A DNA stretch of 63,282 bases, the filler included, from Octopus bimaculoides (lineage: Eukaryota), in NCBI RefSeq assembly GCF_001194135.2. It is 3 parts of 3 records of this genome, joined end to end, with 100 filler letters (N's around TTAATTAATTAA, not from the genome) between each part and the next. Parts side by side here need not be neighbours in the genome. Positions count along the whole stretch, not along the records: positions 27,823 to 46,156 come from NC_068984.1; positions 46,257 to 63,282 come from NC_068991.1; 1 more part is not named here. One strand, 5' to 3'. The notes beneath the pieces were generated by a model, which made no database searches, was not told the origin of the DNA, and saw only the letters and a program-made list of their open reading frames with translations. The position numbers and the translations under genes were made by a program. This document shows, one piece after another, positions 36,410 through 50,808 of the stretch (positions within the stretch are counted from its first letter, which is position 1; each line of letters starts with the position of its first letter).

Positions 36410-37380
36410 ATGCCTGCTCTACTTGCAGTGTACATCAAGTAAGGACAGAGGTCAGTGATCCACTTTCTCTGTTCTGAAGGTGTGCCAGGGACTGAAATTC
36501 ATTGCAGACTTTCAGTACATCATAGGGACAGTGCTCTACTGACTATGAGTGTGTATGAGAGGATCAAGAAGTTCAAAAATGGCCAGACAAACATGAAGCA
36601 CCAAGAACAGGACATCCATCAACATCCATGACTGACATGAAGATTCAACAAGCTTGAGAGATGGCTCTGTCGAACTGACGAGTAATTATCGATAAGCTGG
36701 CATGTTTGCTGCAAAGTAGTCATGATTTTGCATATGAAATCTTCCACAACAAACTTCACTTCTGTGAAGTCTGCGAAATGGGTGCCAAAAGAGCTTACTG
36801 AAGCACACAATCACAATTGTGTGAGGATCTACCAATGCTTACTCAGCTGCTACAACATTGAAGATGAAGCTTTTTTCTTCTTGTATTTTTTGGGAATGAA
36901 TAGTTACAGGAGATGATACCTGGGTCCATCACTTTGAGCTAGAATCCAAAAGGCAGCATATGGAGTGGAAACACCTAGAATTGCCAGTATAAAAGAAATC
37001 CACAACTCAATCTCCAACAGAAAAAGTGATACTAACCAATTTGGGAGATGCAAGAGAGCCTATACTGGGACATTACCTGGAAAAGGGGTTCAGTGTATGT
37101 TACATTGAAAAGCTGGTCAACAATCTGAAACCAGCAATTTGCACCAAATGCCAAGGTCTGTTGTCAAATCAATCACAACAATACACACCCACATATGGCT
37201 GCCCACCATTAAAACCAAATCATTTACAAGGTCATTGATTTGCCATGGATAAGAAGCACAGGAAGTGGTGCATAAATAGTTGTGCAACCAGCCAAAAACC
37301 TTCTTCTCCAATGGAATAAGCAAGCTTATGAACCACTAGAAGTGGTGCATCAAAAAGCAAAGGGACCATATCAAAAAATA
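36410..37380 (+). mobile_element. Degenerate mariner transposase (irritans-like)
   Basis: QRSVIHFLCSEGV..TEIH, KKFKNG, KWVPKELT, IVTGDDTWVHHFELESKRQ.MEW, FFSNGISKL...CI...GD. TIRs not clear. Confidence 0.85.
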
Positions 37381-37795
37381 ATGTAATTTGTTCAATCCCT
37401 GCTTTTGTTTTGATGAATTATAGAAACAAGATTATCTGTACACACACATACATACACACACACATAGATAGATTTGTATCTATATATATATGTGTGTGTG
37501 TACATGCATGTATTTACATTATTATTAAAACATTCTTACAAAAAGAGAGGGCTTCAACAAACTTCTGTCAAAAACTCCCTATGGCAGACAATTAATAACA
37601 ACAGACACAAACACATATTTAGAACTTTAAAAAAATATCCAGCAGACATTGGGCCGTTTAGATTAAAGCCAGACAAAAGGACTTTGGAAAGACCCTTCAA
37701 TTATTCTATTTCTACAAATGTGGAAACTGAATTAATGGGCCTGCTCAAAACTCAAGATAAGTGACTCCTCCCCTTTTTTTGTTTCTCCGATAAAT

Positions 37796-40085
37796 ATGAC
37801 TTTTCTCAGAGTGGGGTATGTGAATGTATGTGGCTTGGGGTCAGCTTCGAAGCAAGTTCATTTGTTCATCAACCTCAGATCACTCAACTTATATGTGGCC
37901 ACAATTAATGAAACAAAGATTTCTAATGTGCAAGCACTAGTACTCATTTTCAATGACTATGAGATATTCTCATCTTGTCTATCAGGAGCAGACAGCAGGA
38001 TAGCAGTGCTGTTCTGAAAATCCTTAGAGCTCAAAGTACAGGCAATTTTCTTCGACTTGGATGGTATGTTGGTAGCCCTGGATGTTAGCAGCAGTGAAGT
38101 GGTGTGTTTAGACTGTTGGCTGTTTATGCCCCAATGTCTCACACTTTAATATTAGTGGTGGACTGGAATAGTATTTTGGACACACAGAAGGACTGTGTGG
38201 TGCTAGTACATAGCAGAAGTAAGTGCAAAAGCCTCAAAAACCTGCTCAGAAACTTCCAGCTGTCTGACAGGCATCAACTGAATTTCCCTGATGTGCCAGT
38301 GTGAACATGGATCACACAGATCATGGTAGTCTGGTCAGAGAAGTACAAATGTGCATAATCCCGAATAAGTCTATCCACGATAACCTCCACTTTATGTGAT
38401 ACATCATAGAGAAAGCTGGGACTAAAGCTGTCTTCCATAGAGCTCTGATCATGTGGAGCAATCCAAGGTATTTGATAAGGTCAACCGTCGTTACTTAGAA
38501 GCCCTCCTGAAAGTCGCTGGATTGCTGCAATGCACAGTGGTACCTGCTCAGTGGTCAAAGTAAACAACCACTCATTGGAAGTGTTTTGCATTGCATGCTT
38601 GGTCTGTCAGGGCTGCCCACTGTCACCTCTTCTATACATGCTGGCTCTTAAGCCACTGCTACAGAAATTGGAACAGTTGAGGGGTATCTCTTTCAAACTG
38701 GGACACAAGAGGGCAGTGTCAGAATATATGAATGACATCATTGTCATTGTGTCGAATGCCTCCAAAGTGGAAACAGTTGGCACCATTCTAAAGTAATATA
38801 AGTCAGTTGTAGGAGCCAAAATCAACACTGACAAGTTGGTGGGCTTGCAGCTGGGAACCTGGAGACGTAGATCAATGACATTGGACAGCATCATTGGATG
38901 TTAGATGACAGACCAATTAAACTGCTCAGGGTCTAGTTCAGTCCTGACCATGAGGTGGATAAGAACTGGGATGAGGTAACAAACAAGGTGAGTATAGTCT
39001 TACCCAGAAGCAGGCTGAGAGGAAGCTGTCCTTGAAAGCTTGAGCAGAAGTGATGAATGCCTACATTGTCTCCCTCATCATTTATTGCTTGACCATTGTG
39101 GCTTGCCTTGGTTACTGCTTAACCATATTGGAGCATCTCTTATTTAATTTCTTGAGAAAGCGATGCATTCTAATGGTCAGGCAGCCAGTCCACTACTAGC
39201 ACCCTCTAAGTGGCGGTTTGGACATGCCATGGCTTTGATGTGCAGACACACACTCAGATTGTGTTGCCTGCAACAATTTCTGGACATGTGTGGACTCCAT
39301 TTGTGAGGCACATCTTTCCACAGCTCATTTCCTTGATAGAGCTGCAGTCCTGGGTGAAGAAAAGCCTGAGATTGTGCACCTGGCACCTAGAATATCATTA
39401 AGCACTCACAACCCTCTACAAGTCAAGCAATGGGACTAGTGGATGTTTTGCTTTAGCAATATATAGAGGTTTAGTGGTTGAGAAGTGCAATGACATTCTT
39501 GGGGAGACTCAGAGCATCGATGGGAACAAACTGACTAGTCTGTTCTGGAGAACTTTCTGGTCAGGAACTACCATGGATAATTTCCAGATGTCCTTGGTCT
39601 GGCAGTGCTACCGAGGAACACTACTGGTTTGAGATAAACTCTACAGGCATAGATGTGCTATCAGATGGGCATGTCTGAGGTATGCACACATTGATGAAAC
39701 CATTCTGTGTGCACTCGTACTGTGTCTGGGCATTGCTGACCTGAGGAGTTATGTCAAACAGCTGTTGTGTGTGGGACAGAGTGGTGTGTCATAGTGATTA
39801 CTCCGTCACCTTCCTTTAATCAGGCATGTAAGGCAATTTTCCTTTGCCTGATGGCTCTGACATAAGTGATTGTTTGGTAGACAAGGTTGAAAGCCGTGAG
39901 GACAGTCATTCCTCTTTGGTGAAGCACTCCTCAACGTTTTCATGTTTCACTTGAAAAGGAAATGAGTGGGGGGGGGGGGCTGTTCTTGAGTGAATTTATT
40001 AAAAGATGGCTAAAAGTTGCAAAAATAGCAAGACTAGATGGTTGTAACTGACAGAGTACCAGTTTTTTTGTTTTTTTTTTTTACT
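37796..40085 (+). mobile_element. Degenerate Tx1/L1-clade LINE ORF2 (APE, RT, C-terminal knuckle), internally deleted
   Basis: VNVCGL...INETK, FRLLAVYAP, DWNSILD; QSKVFDKVN, QGCPLSPLLY (38608), EYMNDIIV; C-terminal C..ET..C relic; T-rich end. Confidence 0.88.
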
Positions 40086-40134
40086 GCTCAATGAATTACC
40101 ATATCCTTCAAATCCAGAAATCCTCAAGACTAAA

Positions 40135-40290
40135 AAAATGTGGCATGGCTATGTGATTAAGAAGCTTGCTTCCCAACCATGTAGTTTTGTTCATTCCTAC
40201 TGTATGGCACTTTTATTATAGCCTTGAGCCAACCAAAACCTTATGAGTGGATTTAGCAGGCAGAAACTGAAAGAAGCCCATCAAATACAT
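40135..40290 (+). mobile_element. SINE family C, 5' half
   Basis: GCATGGCT..GTG.TTAAGAAGCTTGCTTCCCAACCATG...GAAACTGAAAGAAGCCC. Confidence 0.75.
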
Positions 40291-40572
40291 GTGTGTGTAT
40301 GTGTATACTAGCAGAAATACCTGGTGTTGCTTAGGTTAAAAAGAATAATGGAATTTTAAAATGCCATCTAGATTATGCAGGTCTCAACCGCTAGTAGCTG
40401 AGATGCCAACTTTCTACATTAACAACTCTCCAGCCCATGCAAGCATGGAACATAGATGTTAAGTGAAATGATAAAAGAAAGTTTTCAAATCATATATGTA
40501 TATAAAGTAAATACATGTAATTCAAAAACACGTTTTCTGTAGCTTATTTCGTAACCAAAAAACAAGTACGGA

Positions 40573-41196
40573 TTATAAACAATGAAAGGCCAATTGTGGT
40601 GATTCATTTGACAGAGGTAGTAGAGAGCCAATCCAATGATAAATCTGACCTTGAATCTTGAAAGTTTGCCTGAATCCTGGCTCAGTTAAATCTCTTGTGG
40701 CTCCAAATGATGTCATCTGTAGTGCAGTGTTGAATTGTCTAATTTTGTTTTGAAAGTGCTTGGAATCTTGGTCAGTTGATGACAACAGTTTCTTCAATGG
40801 CTCTGGAGGTTGGAGGATTGCAGAGAGTTTAACCTTTCCAGCATTGCAGCACAGTGCAGGTATTTCTCCTGGCTGCTTCCTTGCTTTACAATGTATGCAC
40901 TCAGTTATCATTGCACAATGGAAACTCTAGTGTCATTTGCATAATGAACTGCTGGATCATAATTAAAAACTGCTTCTCTAAGCTGTTGCAACTGCTCTTC
41001 ATTCTGTCGTGGAGATCCTATTTCTTGTCAGCCGTGCATACCTGTTCATCACTTTGAGATGCTCTGGCTTTTGTAGTGCACAGTCTGTTTATTTCTTGGT
41101 ATGCTTCCCTTTCTACAGCTGTTTCTCTTTCCCTAGACAGAGACATTCTTTTGGCTGACCTTGACATTGTAGACAAATTTGACTCTTTCTAGGCAT
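40573..41196 (-). mobile_element. Helitron RepHel N-terminal fragment
   Basis: CIHCKA...CCNAGKVKL...PPEPLKKLL...SKHF...IRQFN.ALQMTSFGA...GF..TFKIQGQIYH.IGSLLP, typical of the region upstream of the Helitron Rep domain. MPRK start at 41196. Confidence 0.88.
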
Positions 41197-41413
41197 GGTT
41201 ATATATGTATACAAAAATACATGGGTGCAGAACATAGTAAACTGAAAATAACTGGGTAACGGAAATTAAATTTATTAATATGATGGGCAGAAAGTAAATA
41301 AGAAATTTTTACAGAAAATAAAGAATTGTATGGGTTGAAGCGAAATTTATCAGTGAACCAAACAGCCAATATAGAAGGAACCAGAAAAAACCGTTAACAA
41401 CAGAAAAACACAT

Positions 41414-42400
41414 ATCATCATCATCATCATCATCATCATCATTTAACGTCCACTTTCAATGCTGGCATGGGTTGGATGGTTTGACTGGGGACTAGTGAGC
41501 CAGATGGCTGCACCAGGCTCCAATCTGATCTGGCAGAGTTTCTACAGCTGGATGCCCTTCCTAACACCAACCACTCCAGGAGTGTAGTAGGTGCTTTTAC
41601 GTGCCACCATCATGAGGGCCAGTCAGGTGGTACTGGCAACAGCCACACTCAAATGGTGGTTTTCACATACCACCGGCACAAGTGCCAGTAAGGCAATGCT
41701 GGTAACGATCACGCTCGAATGGTACTTTTTACGTACCACCAGCACAGGAGCCACACAGCGGCCCTGGGCACAATTACGCTTGCATGGTGCTCTTAGCGCT
41801 CCATTAGCACGGATGCCAGTCATGCGGTGCTGTCGTCGAATTTGATTCCGATTTCACTTGTCTCAACAGGTCTTCACTAGCATAGTTTAGTGTCCAACGA
41901 AAAGAAAGGTACGTCTAAATGGGCTGGTTACACCACCGGCATAAGCCACAGGTTATGATCTCACTTGGCCTGCTGAGTCTTCTCGACCACAACATATTTC
42001 CAAAGATCTCAATCACTAGTCATTGCCTCGGTGAGGCCTAATGTTTGAAAGTTGTGCTTTACCACCTCATCCCAGGTCTACCTCTTCCACAGTTTCCCTC
42101 GACTGCTAGGGTGTGACACTTTTTCACACAGCTATCCTCATCCATTCGTACCACATGACCATACCAGCACAGTCATCTCTCTTGCACACCACATCTGATG
42201 CTTCTTAGTTCCAACTTTTCTCTCAAGGCACTTATACTCTGTCTACTATGCACACTGACATTACACATCCAGCGAAGCATACTAGCTTCGTTCCTTGCAA
42301 GCTTACGCATGTCCTCAGCATGAAACATGGGCCGTGACGGCCCATGTTTCACTGCCATGTAGCATGGCTGTTCGTACACAGGCATCATATATCTATATTT
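41414..42400 (-). mobile_element. RTE LINE 3' portion with minisatellite-containing UTR
   Basis: EDMRKLARNEASMLRWMCNV...LREKLELRSIRCGVQER; (ATC)n tail. Confidence 0.92.
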
Positions 42401-43727
42401 GTAAAAGAGAGGATGTGTGTGTGTATGTGAATGTAGTTTATGCACGTCAGAAAATTAGCACGCATGTCGCTCCAATTTTAGGACATTGTTCATGACCCTA
42501 CCTGCGTTTTCGTCAACTTTTTCTCTCAGAGGCACCCGCGTATAGCTGTAAAAATCGATAAACTTTTACCAATTTTGAAGTTTGTTGACATGGCGAAGTC
42601 AAATCTGTGCGTACGCGCATGAAGGAGAGAGAGAGAAAGAAAGAAAGAAATAGTGTGTTTGTGACAGGGGGGAGATAGTGTTTGCTAGCGTCCCCCCCCC
42701 CAAAAAAAAATGAAAAAAGTGGGTAAGGCAGACAGAAATCAAAGCAAATTTTTCTAAGCAAGACAGAGTTTACTTTGCTAGCGTCTAACANNNNNNNNNN
42801 NNNNNNNNNNNNNNNNNNNNNNNNNNNNNNNNNNNNNNNNNNNNNNNNNNNNNNNNNNNNNNNNNNNNNNNNNNNNNNNNNNNNNNNNNNNNNNNNNNNN
42901 NNNNNNNNNNNNNNNNNNNNNNNNNNNNNNNNNNNNNNNNNNNNNNNNNNNNNNNNNNNNNNNNNNNNNNNNNNNNNNNNNNNNNNNNNNNNNNNNNNNN
43001 NNNNNNNNNNNNNNNNNNNNNNNNNNNNNNNNNNNNNNNNNNNNNNNNNNNNNNNNNNNNNNNNNNNNNNNNNNNNNNNNNNNNNNNNNNNNNNNNNNNN
43101 NNNNNNNNNNNNNNNNNNNNNNNNNNNNNNNNNNNNNNNNNNNNNNNNNNNNNNNNNNNNNNNNNNNNNNNNNNNNNNNNNNNNNNNNNNNNNNNNNNNN
43201 NNNNNNNNNNNNNNNNNNNNNNNNNNNNNNNNNNNNNNNNNNNNNNNNNNNNNNNNNNNNNNNNNNNNNNNNNNNNNNNNNNNNNNNNNNNNNNNNNNNN
43301 NNNNNNNNNNNNNNNNNNNNNNNNNNNNNNNNNNNNNNNNNNNNNNNNNNNNNNNNNNNNNNNNNNNNNNNNNNNNNNNNNNNNNNNNNNNNNNNNNNNN
43401 NNNNNNNNNNNNNNNNNNNNNNNNNNNNNNNNNNNNNNNNNNNNNNNNNNNNNNNNNNNNNNNNNNNNNNNNNNNNNNNNNNNNNNNNNNNNNNNNNNNN
43501 NNNNNNNNNNNNNNNNNNNNNNNNNNNNNNNNNNNNNNNNNNNNNNNNNNNNNNNNNNNNNNNNNNNNNNNNNNNNNNNNNNNNNNNNNNNNNNNNNNNN
43601 NATATATATATATATATATATAGATAGATAGATACATAGACATAGATATATAAATACATATGTCTATATGTATGTATATATATATATGTGTGTGTACGTG
43701 TGTGTGTGTGTGTACATATATATATAT

Positions 43728-45043
43728 ATCATCATCATTTAACGTCCGCTTTCCATGCTAGCATGGGTTGGATGATATGTATATATATATTGGACGAATG
43801 CCAACCACTCCGAGAGTGTAGTGGGTGCTTTTTACGTATCACCGGCACGAGGACCAGTCCGGTGGTATTAGCAATGGCCACGCTCAAATGGTGTTTTTTC
43901 CGTGCCACCTGCACAGGGGTCAGTCCAATGTTTTGTTCACATGCCACCGGCACAAGTGCCAGTAAGGCAAAGCTGGAAACGATTGCACTCAAATGGTGCT
44001 TTTTACATGCTACCAGCACGGAAGCGAGACCGCTGCTCTGGCAGGGATCCCACTCGGATGGTGCTCTTAGCGCTCCACTGGCACGGGTGCCAGTCATCAA
44101 ATTTGGTTCAGTTTTGATCTCACTTGTTCCAACAGGTCTTCACAAGCTGAGTTTAGTGTCCAATGAAGGAAGGTTGGCATGGGTGCCAGTCGTCGAATTT
44201 GGTTCAATTTCGATTTTGATCTCACTTGCCTCAACAGGTCTTCGCAAGCAGGGTTTTGTGTCCAAAGAAGGAAAGGTACGCATAAGTGGGTTGGCTACAC
44301 CCCTGGTAAAGGCCATGGGTTATGGTCTTATTTGTCTTGCCGGGTCTTCTCACGCACAGCATATTTCCAAGGGTCTCGGTCACTAGTCATTGCTTCGGTG
44401 AGGCCCAATGTTCGAAGGTCGTGCTTCACCACCTCATCCCAAGTCTTCCTGGGTCTACCTCTTCCACAGTTACCCTCAACTGCTAGGCTGTGGCACTTTT
44501 TCACACAGATATCTTCATCCATTCTTGCCAAATGACCATACCAGCACAATCGTCTCTCTTGCACACCACAACTGATGCTTCTTAGGTCCAACTTTTCTCT
44601 CAAGGTTCTTACACTCTGTCAAGTATGCACACTGACATTACACATCCATCGGAGCATACTGGCTTCATTTCTTGCAAGCTTACGCATGTCCTCGGCAGTC
44701 ACAGCCCATGTTTCACTGCCATGTAGCATGGCTGTTTGTACACATGCATCATACAGTCTGCCTTTTACTCTGAGCGAGAAGCTCTTTGTCACCAGCAGAG
44801 GTAAGAGCTCTCTGAACTTTACCCAGGCTATTCTTATTCTAGCAACTACACTTTCAGCGCACCGTTCCCCGCTACTGACTTGGCCACCTAGGTAAAGGAA
44901 GCTATCAACTACTTACAGTTTTTCTCACTGGAATGTGGCAGAAGTTGTTCTCTGCACATTTTCAGTGTTTATTGCTCCTGAGCATCTGCCACATACAAAA
45001 ACTATCTTCCTAGTTAGCCTCCCTTTGATATTGCTGCACCTCT

Positions 45044-45045
<2 letters not shown>
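43728..45045 (-). mobile_element. RTE LINE 3' portion (second copy of the same family), 5'-truncated
   Basis: HKRC...CGRC, VVDSF.YLGDQV, ARIRIAWVKFRELLP, ERRLCWYGHLARM...GRGRPRKTWDEVV. The UTR has minisatellite units and a ~95-bp duplication. Confidence 0.95.
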
Positions 45046-45072
<27 letters not shown>

Positions 45073-45079
<7 letters not shown>

Positions 45080-46095
45080 TATGTAGGCACAGGACGTCAA
45101 GAAACATGTAGAACAAAGCACAAGTACATAAAACATGAACTATTCTTTCAAACAAAGAAAGACACAAATGGAAAACAAAATAAATAACATAAAGAACGAC
45201 CCTTCATCAGTTGTTGGCTATTTTTCTAGTCTCATATTTCGAGCATTTAACAACAATATACGCTTTCGATAGAACAGTTGCTCCCGCAAAGCAAATTAAA
45301 TAAAATTTGGGATTTTGCGGAGGGTCAAAATAGGTAACACAAACAGGACAATGAAAACAAACAGGAAGGGCAGCTAAGCCTAAACGAGGCTGTGGTGGCA
45401 AATGCGTAAATCAAGCTAGGACAGGAGACAAATAAAAACACATCTTCCTTGTTCCAGCTACAACAGAGAGAAAGCAAGAAAGATGGCTGATGGACACGTG
45501 GGAGCCACGTGAGCAAGGGAGAGAAAGTGACAGAGTAATAGAATAGAATTGTGGGAGAAGAGGAGGTAAAAGAATAAGAGAGAGAAAAAGAGGAAAAACG
45601 AAAGAGTAGAAAGATTGTATAGAGTGCGCATCAGAATTATTAAGATAAATCTTGGAAGAGGATGTGTGGCGTTCAGTCATATAATAATATATATATATGC
45701 ATATGTGGGCACAGGACGTTAAGAAAAGTGTACAAATACATAAAACATGAACTATTCTTTCTAACAACGAAAGACACAAATGGAAAACATATATATAGAT
45801 ATATAGATACAGATATATAAATATATATATATATCTATATGTAGAAATATAAAAATATATAAGGAGCAAAGATACTGAAGATTCAGTTTGCGCCACGTTG
45901 CAAAATTATGAGTTGAAAATATGTGGAAAACAAATATAAAAATTTCCGGTAGCTGGATAACTGAAGAGATGTTGGAGCGGCATCCTGTTTGACCAATGTA
46001 TAGAGAAGGACAGAGAGAGCAGGAAATGCAGTAGATGACATTGCTAGAAGTGCAGGTCAAGGAATCATTGATATAGTAGGGTCAATGATGGGTGC
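45073..46095 (-). mobile_element. Penelope-like element relic: GIY-YIG fragment plus ~100-bp direct repeats (45073-45177, 45695-45789)
   Basis: TCTSSNVIYCISCSLCPSLYIGQTG motif. The direct repeats are read directly. Confidence 0.8.
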
Positions 46096-46123
46096 CATGT
46101 ATGTATATATATATTTATATGTA

Positions 46124-46156
<33 letters not shown>

Positions 46157-46256
46157 NNNNNNNNNNNNNNNNNNNNNNNNNNNNNNNNNNNNNNNNNNNN
46201 TTAATTAATTAANNNNNNNNNNNNNNNNNNNNNNNNNNNNNNNNNNNNNNNNNNNN
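46157..46256. other. Artificial 100-bp scaffold spacer: 44 N + TTAATTAATTAA + 44 N
   Basis: Same as 27723-27822. Confidence 0.93.
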
Positions 46257-46628
46257 TATATATATATATATATATATATATCTTGCAAGGGTCTTGTTTC
46301 GGCCATTGGTTTGTTCAGACAACCAAGATCTTCGGTTGTTAGTCGAAATTTGATGTTTCAGTTTCTAGTTAACTCAAACTTCAAAATATATTTGGCTCTA
46401 CATTCAGTATAAGGCAATCGTATAAGTAAACGTTCTATCACTCTTGTTCTTGAATTTCCTATCAAATAAATAACTGTAACTTTACACACACTAACACACA
46501 CTCAATCTCGCATACATATGCAACATGCAGAATTACATACTCCCATACACACACACACACACACATACACACGCACACACATATATATATGTGTATATAT
46601 CGGTGTGTGTGCATGTATATATATACAC

Positions 46629-46665
<37 letters not shown>

Positions 46666-46711
46666 TATATATATATATATTTATATATACGTTCATTTAT
46701 ATTTATATATA

Positions 46712-46811
<100 letters not shown>

Positions 46812-46992
46812 TATAGATATATATATTAATGTACATATATGTATGTATGTAACTATCTACATGTCTGTCTATCTGTCTGTCTGTCCGTCTCACTCTACAT
46901 ATATGATGATGATGATGATGATAATGATGAAGAGCATCACGATCATCATAATTAAATGTTGCAATGTTCATTAGCCACCAACACCACATAAT

Positions 46993-47030
<38 letters not shown>

Positions 47031-47378
47031 TATATACTCCTATGTATATATTCATATGTACATACACACATATATATAATGCATAAAATAAACACAGATG
47101 GCTTTGTATAATTTCGTTAACCTGGGTGGAGATGAAATCTGAGGTCGCAACCGTTTTGTTTGCAATGTTGAACGGGACACCTCGTAGTACTGACTACATT
47201 AGCACCTGTATGATATTAGGGAACTTACTGGTGTACCTTTTGATCTTTTATGGGTTAACAAGGTGTGAGGTGGATGGATCACTCTTTTACTTCTTGTTTA
47301 TTTTCTACGCTGGATTTTCGGTGTCTAACATTCGGTGGTCTTGCATTGTATGTACATTACAAACACATAAATACATAG

Positions 47379-47449
<71 letters not shown>

Positions 47450-47522
47450 NNNNNNNNNNNNNNNNNNNNNNNNNNNNNNNNNNATATATACCGCTAAGCA
47501 TTTCGCCCGGCGTGCTAACGAA

Positions 47523-48535
<1,013 letters not shown>

Positions 48536-48537
48536 CA

Positions 48538-48580
<43 letters not shown>

Positions 48581-49528
48581 GAAGAAATGTCGTCAAGCAT
48601 TTTTTTTATTTGGAGCGCGATAACGCCTTGAGGCGAATTTTAAAAAAAGCAAACGCTGAAGGAAAAACCGACGACGACGATGATGATGATGATGATGATG
48701 ATGATAAAGGTGATGATAAAGGTGGAGGAGGAGGCGGGAGAATAAAAGGGAAACAAGTACAAGAAGAAAGAGCGGGGTGGGGTAAAAGAACGAGAAGACG
48801 TGATGAAGAAACACACGAGGAGAGGTAGCATGTGCTTACGAAGATCGTTTTATTTAACATGCTAATGTAATCTCGTACGTCTGTTTTTAAGTAACGCGAG
48901 ATCGTGTTCGTCTGTGTATTTGTGTATGTGTATGCGTATGTATTGTGCACCTGCACACACACACAGACATGCACACACACACACACACACACATTCATAT
49001 ATACGTGGATAAGTGTTAGTACACGCTTGTGTTTGCTTTCTCAATTTCTTAGTCACTGAACCTTGTTTTCACTGTGACTTGTTCCACAAGCCATTTATGT
49101 CTCCGTACATATTTAGTTTGCAGTGTCACTGTGTGGTCTATTGTATAACCATGGTGTTAAAAACCTTTTGACTATACACACACACAGACACACACACGCA
49201 TATGTGCGCATGTGCGTAATTTCATGTGTGTATGTATTTTGTTCATGTTTATGTGCGAAATGATATTATACCTGTTTCATTTATTGATATGGGTACCGAT
49301 ATAATATCATTTCAATTTACTAAATTCTTTTCCACTTTATAACTCAATCAACATACCCATAATACACTAAGAAATAAACTTGGAATTGTGTTCTTTTGTG
49401 CTCATTTTTTTATTCAGATAAACAAACACGTTCTCCTAAACGCATACATACACGCATACATACATGATTGCGTACATACCTAAAAACACACACTCACACA
49501 GAGACACACACACAAAGACGCACATATA

Positions 49529-49577
<49 letters not shown>

Positions 49578-49616
49578 GTATATTTATATTTATCTATATC
49601 TGTCTATCTACCTATC

Positions 49617-49670
<54 letters not shown>

Positions 49671-49683
49671 AATCAATCAATCA

Positions 49684-49725
<42 letters not shown>

Positions 49726-50414
49726 ATATATATATATATATATACATATATATACACACACATATATATGTATATATACATGTATACGTATCTATATGTG
49801 GGTCTATATATATATATGTATTGATATTTATTTGTTTAATCATCTATCTGTCTGTCAATCAGTCTATCTCTCTTTCCCTCTCTCTGTATTTATTTACGTA
49901 TCTGTCTATCTGTCTGTCTGCCTGCCTGTCTGCCTGTCTGCCTGTCTGCCTGCCTGCCTGTCTGTCTGTCTGTCTGCCTGTCTGTGTCTCTTTACATTCA
50001 CACTTACATTCACATACTTACTCCAATTATGCCATTTACTATTTAGATATGTGTTAATAAAATGTTTTTGAGAGAGTATCAGTGTCTATATTATTGTATG
50101 AGAACGTGTCCAGCTCAATGTAATTCTTCAAACATTAACTGTTGATGTTAGCAGGATTATGCCTCAATGTCGTCTATTGCCCTTTTTGACCGGATTTTCA
50201 CCACCTATCTATTTCATAAAATGGCGTCCTTTTATTTATTGATCTGTTGATATAACTATTAAGTCTTACGAACCAAATGAGCATCAGTCCTGTACCTTGT
50301 CGCCAAACTATGTAGATGTTGGTTATTTCTCATTGGGTGGAATTAGAAATGTTTGTGTGGACGAGTCTGATATTCGTGAATATGTGAATTAAATTTTTAA
50401 ACTATTTTATTTAG

Positions 50415-50808
50415 GCGCAGGAGTGGCTGTGTGGTAAGTAGCTTGCTGACCAACCACATGGTTCTGGGTTCAGTTCCATTGCGTGGCACCTTGGGCAAGT
50501 TTCTTCTACTATACCCTCGGACTGACCAAAGCCTTGTGAGGGGATTTGGTAGACGGAAACTGAAAGAAGCCCGTCGTATATATGGATATTTATATATGTA
50601 TGTGTGTGTATATGTTTGTGTGTCTGTGTTTCTCCCCCAACATCGCTTGACGACCGATGGTGGTGTGTTTACGTCCCCGTAACTTAGCGGTTCGGCATAA
50701 GGGACTGATAGAATAAATACTAGGCTTACAAAGAATAAGTCCTGGGGACGATTTCTTCGACTAAAGGTGGTGCTCCAGCATGGACGTAGTGAAACGACTG
50801 AAACAAGT
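50415..50808 (+). mobile_element. SINE family C, near full length (CORE-like ACCTTGGGCAAGT)
   Basis: tRNA-like head, CORE-like motif, internal (TA/TG)n, 3' half CCCGTAACTTAGCGGTTCGGC...GAAACAAGT. Confidence 0.88.

Noticed and set aside
46285-46322. Minus-strand CTGAACA...GGCC-GAAACAAGAC hammerhead-like motif
   Set aside because: The core, stem I and cleavage triplet all mismatch; too degenerate to call.
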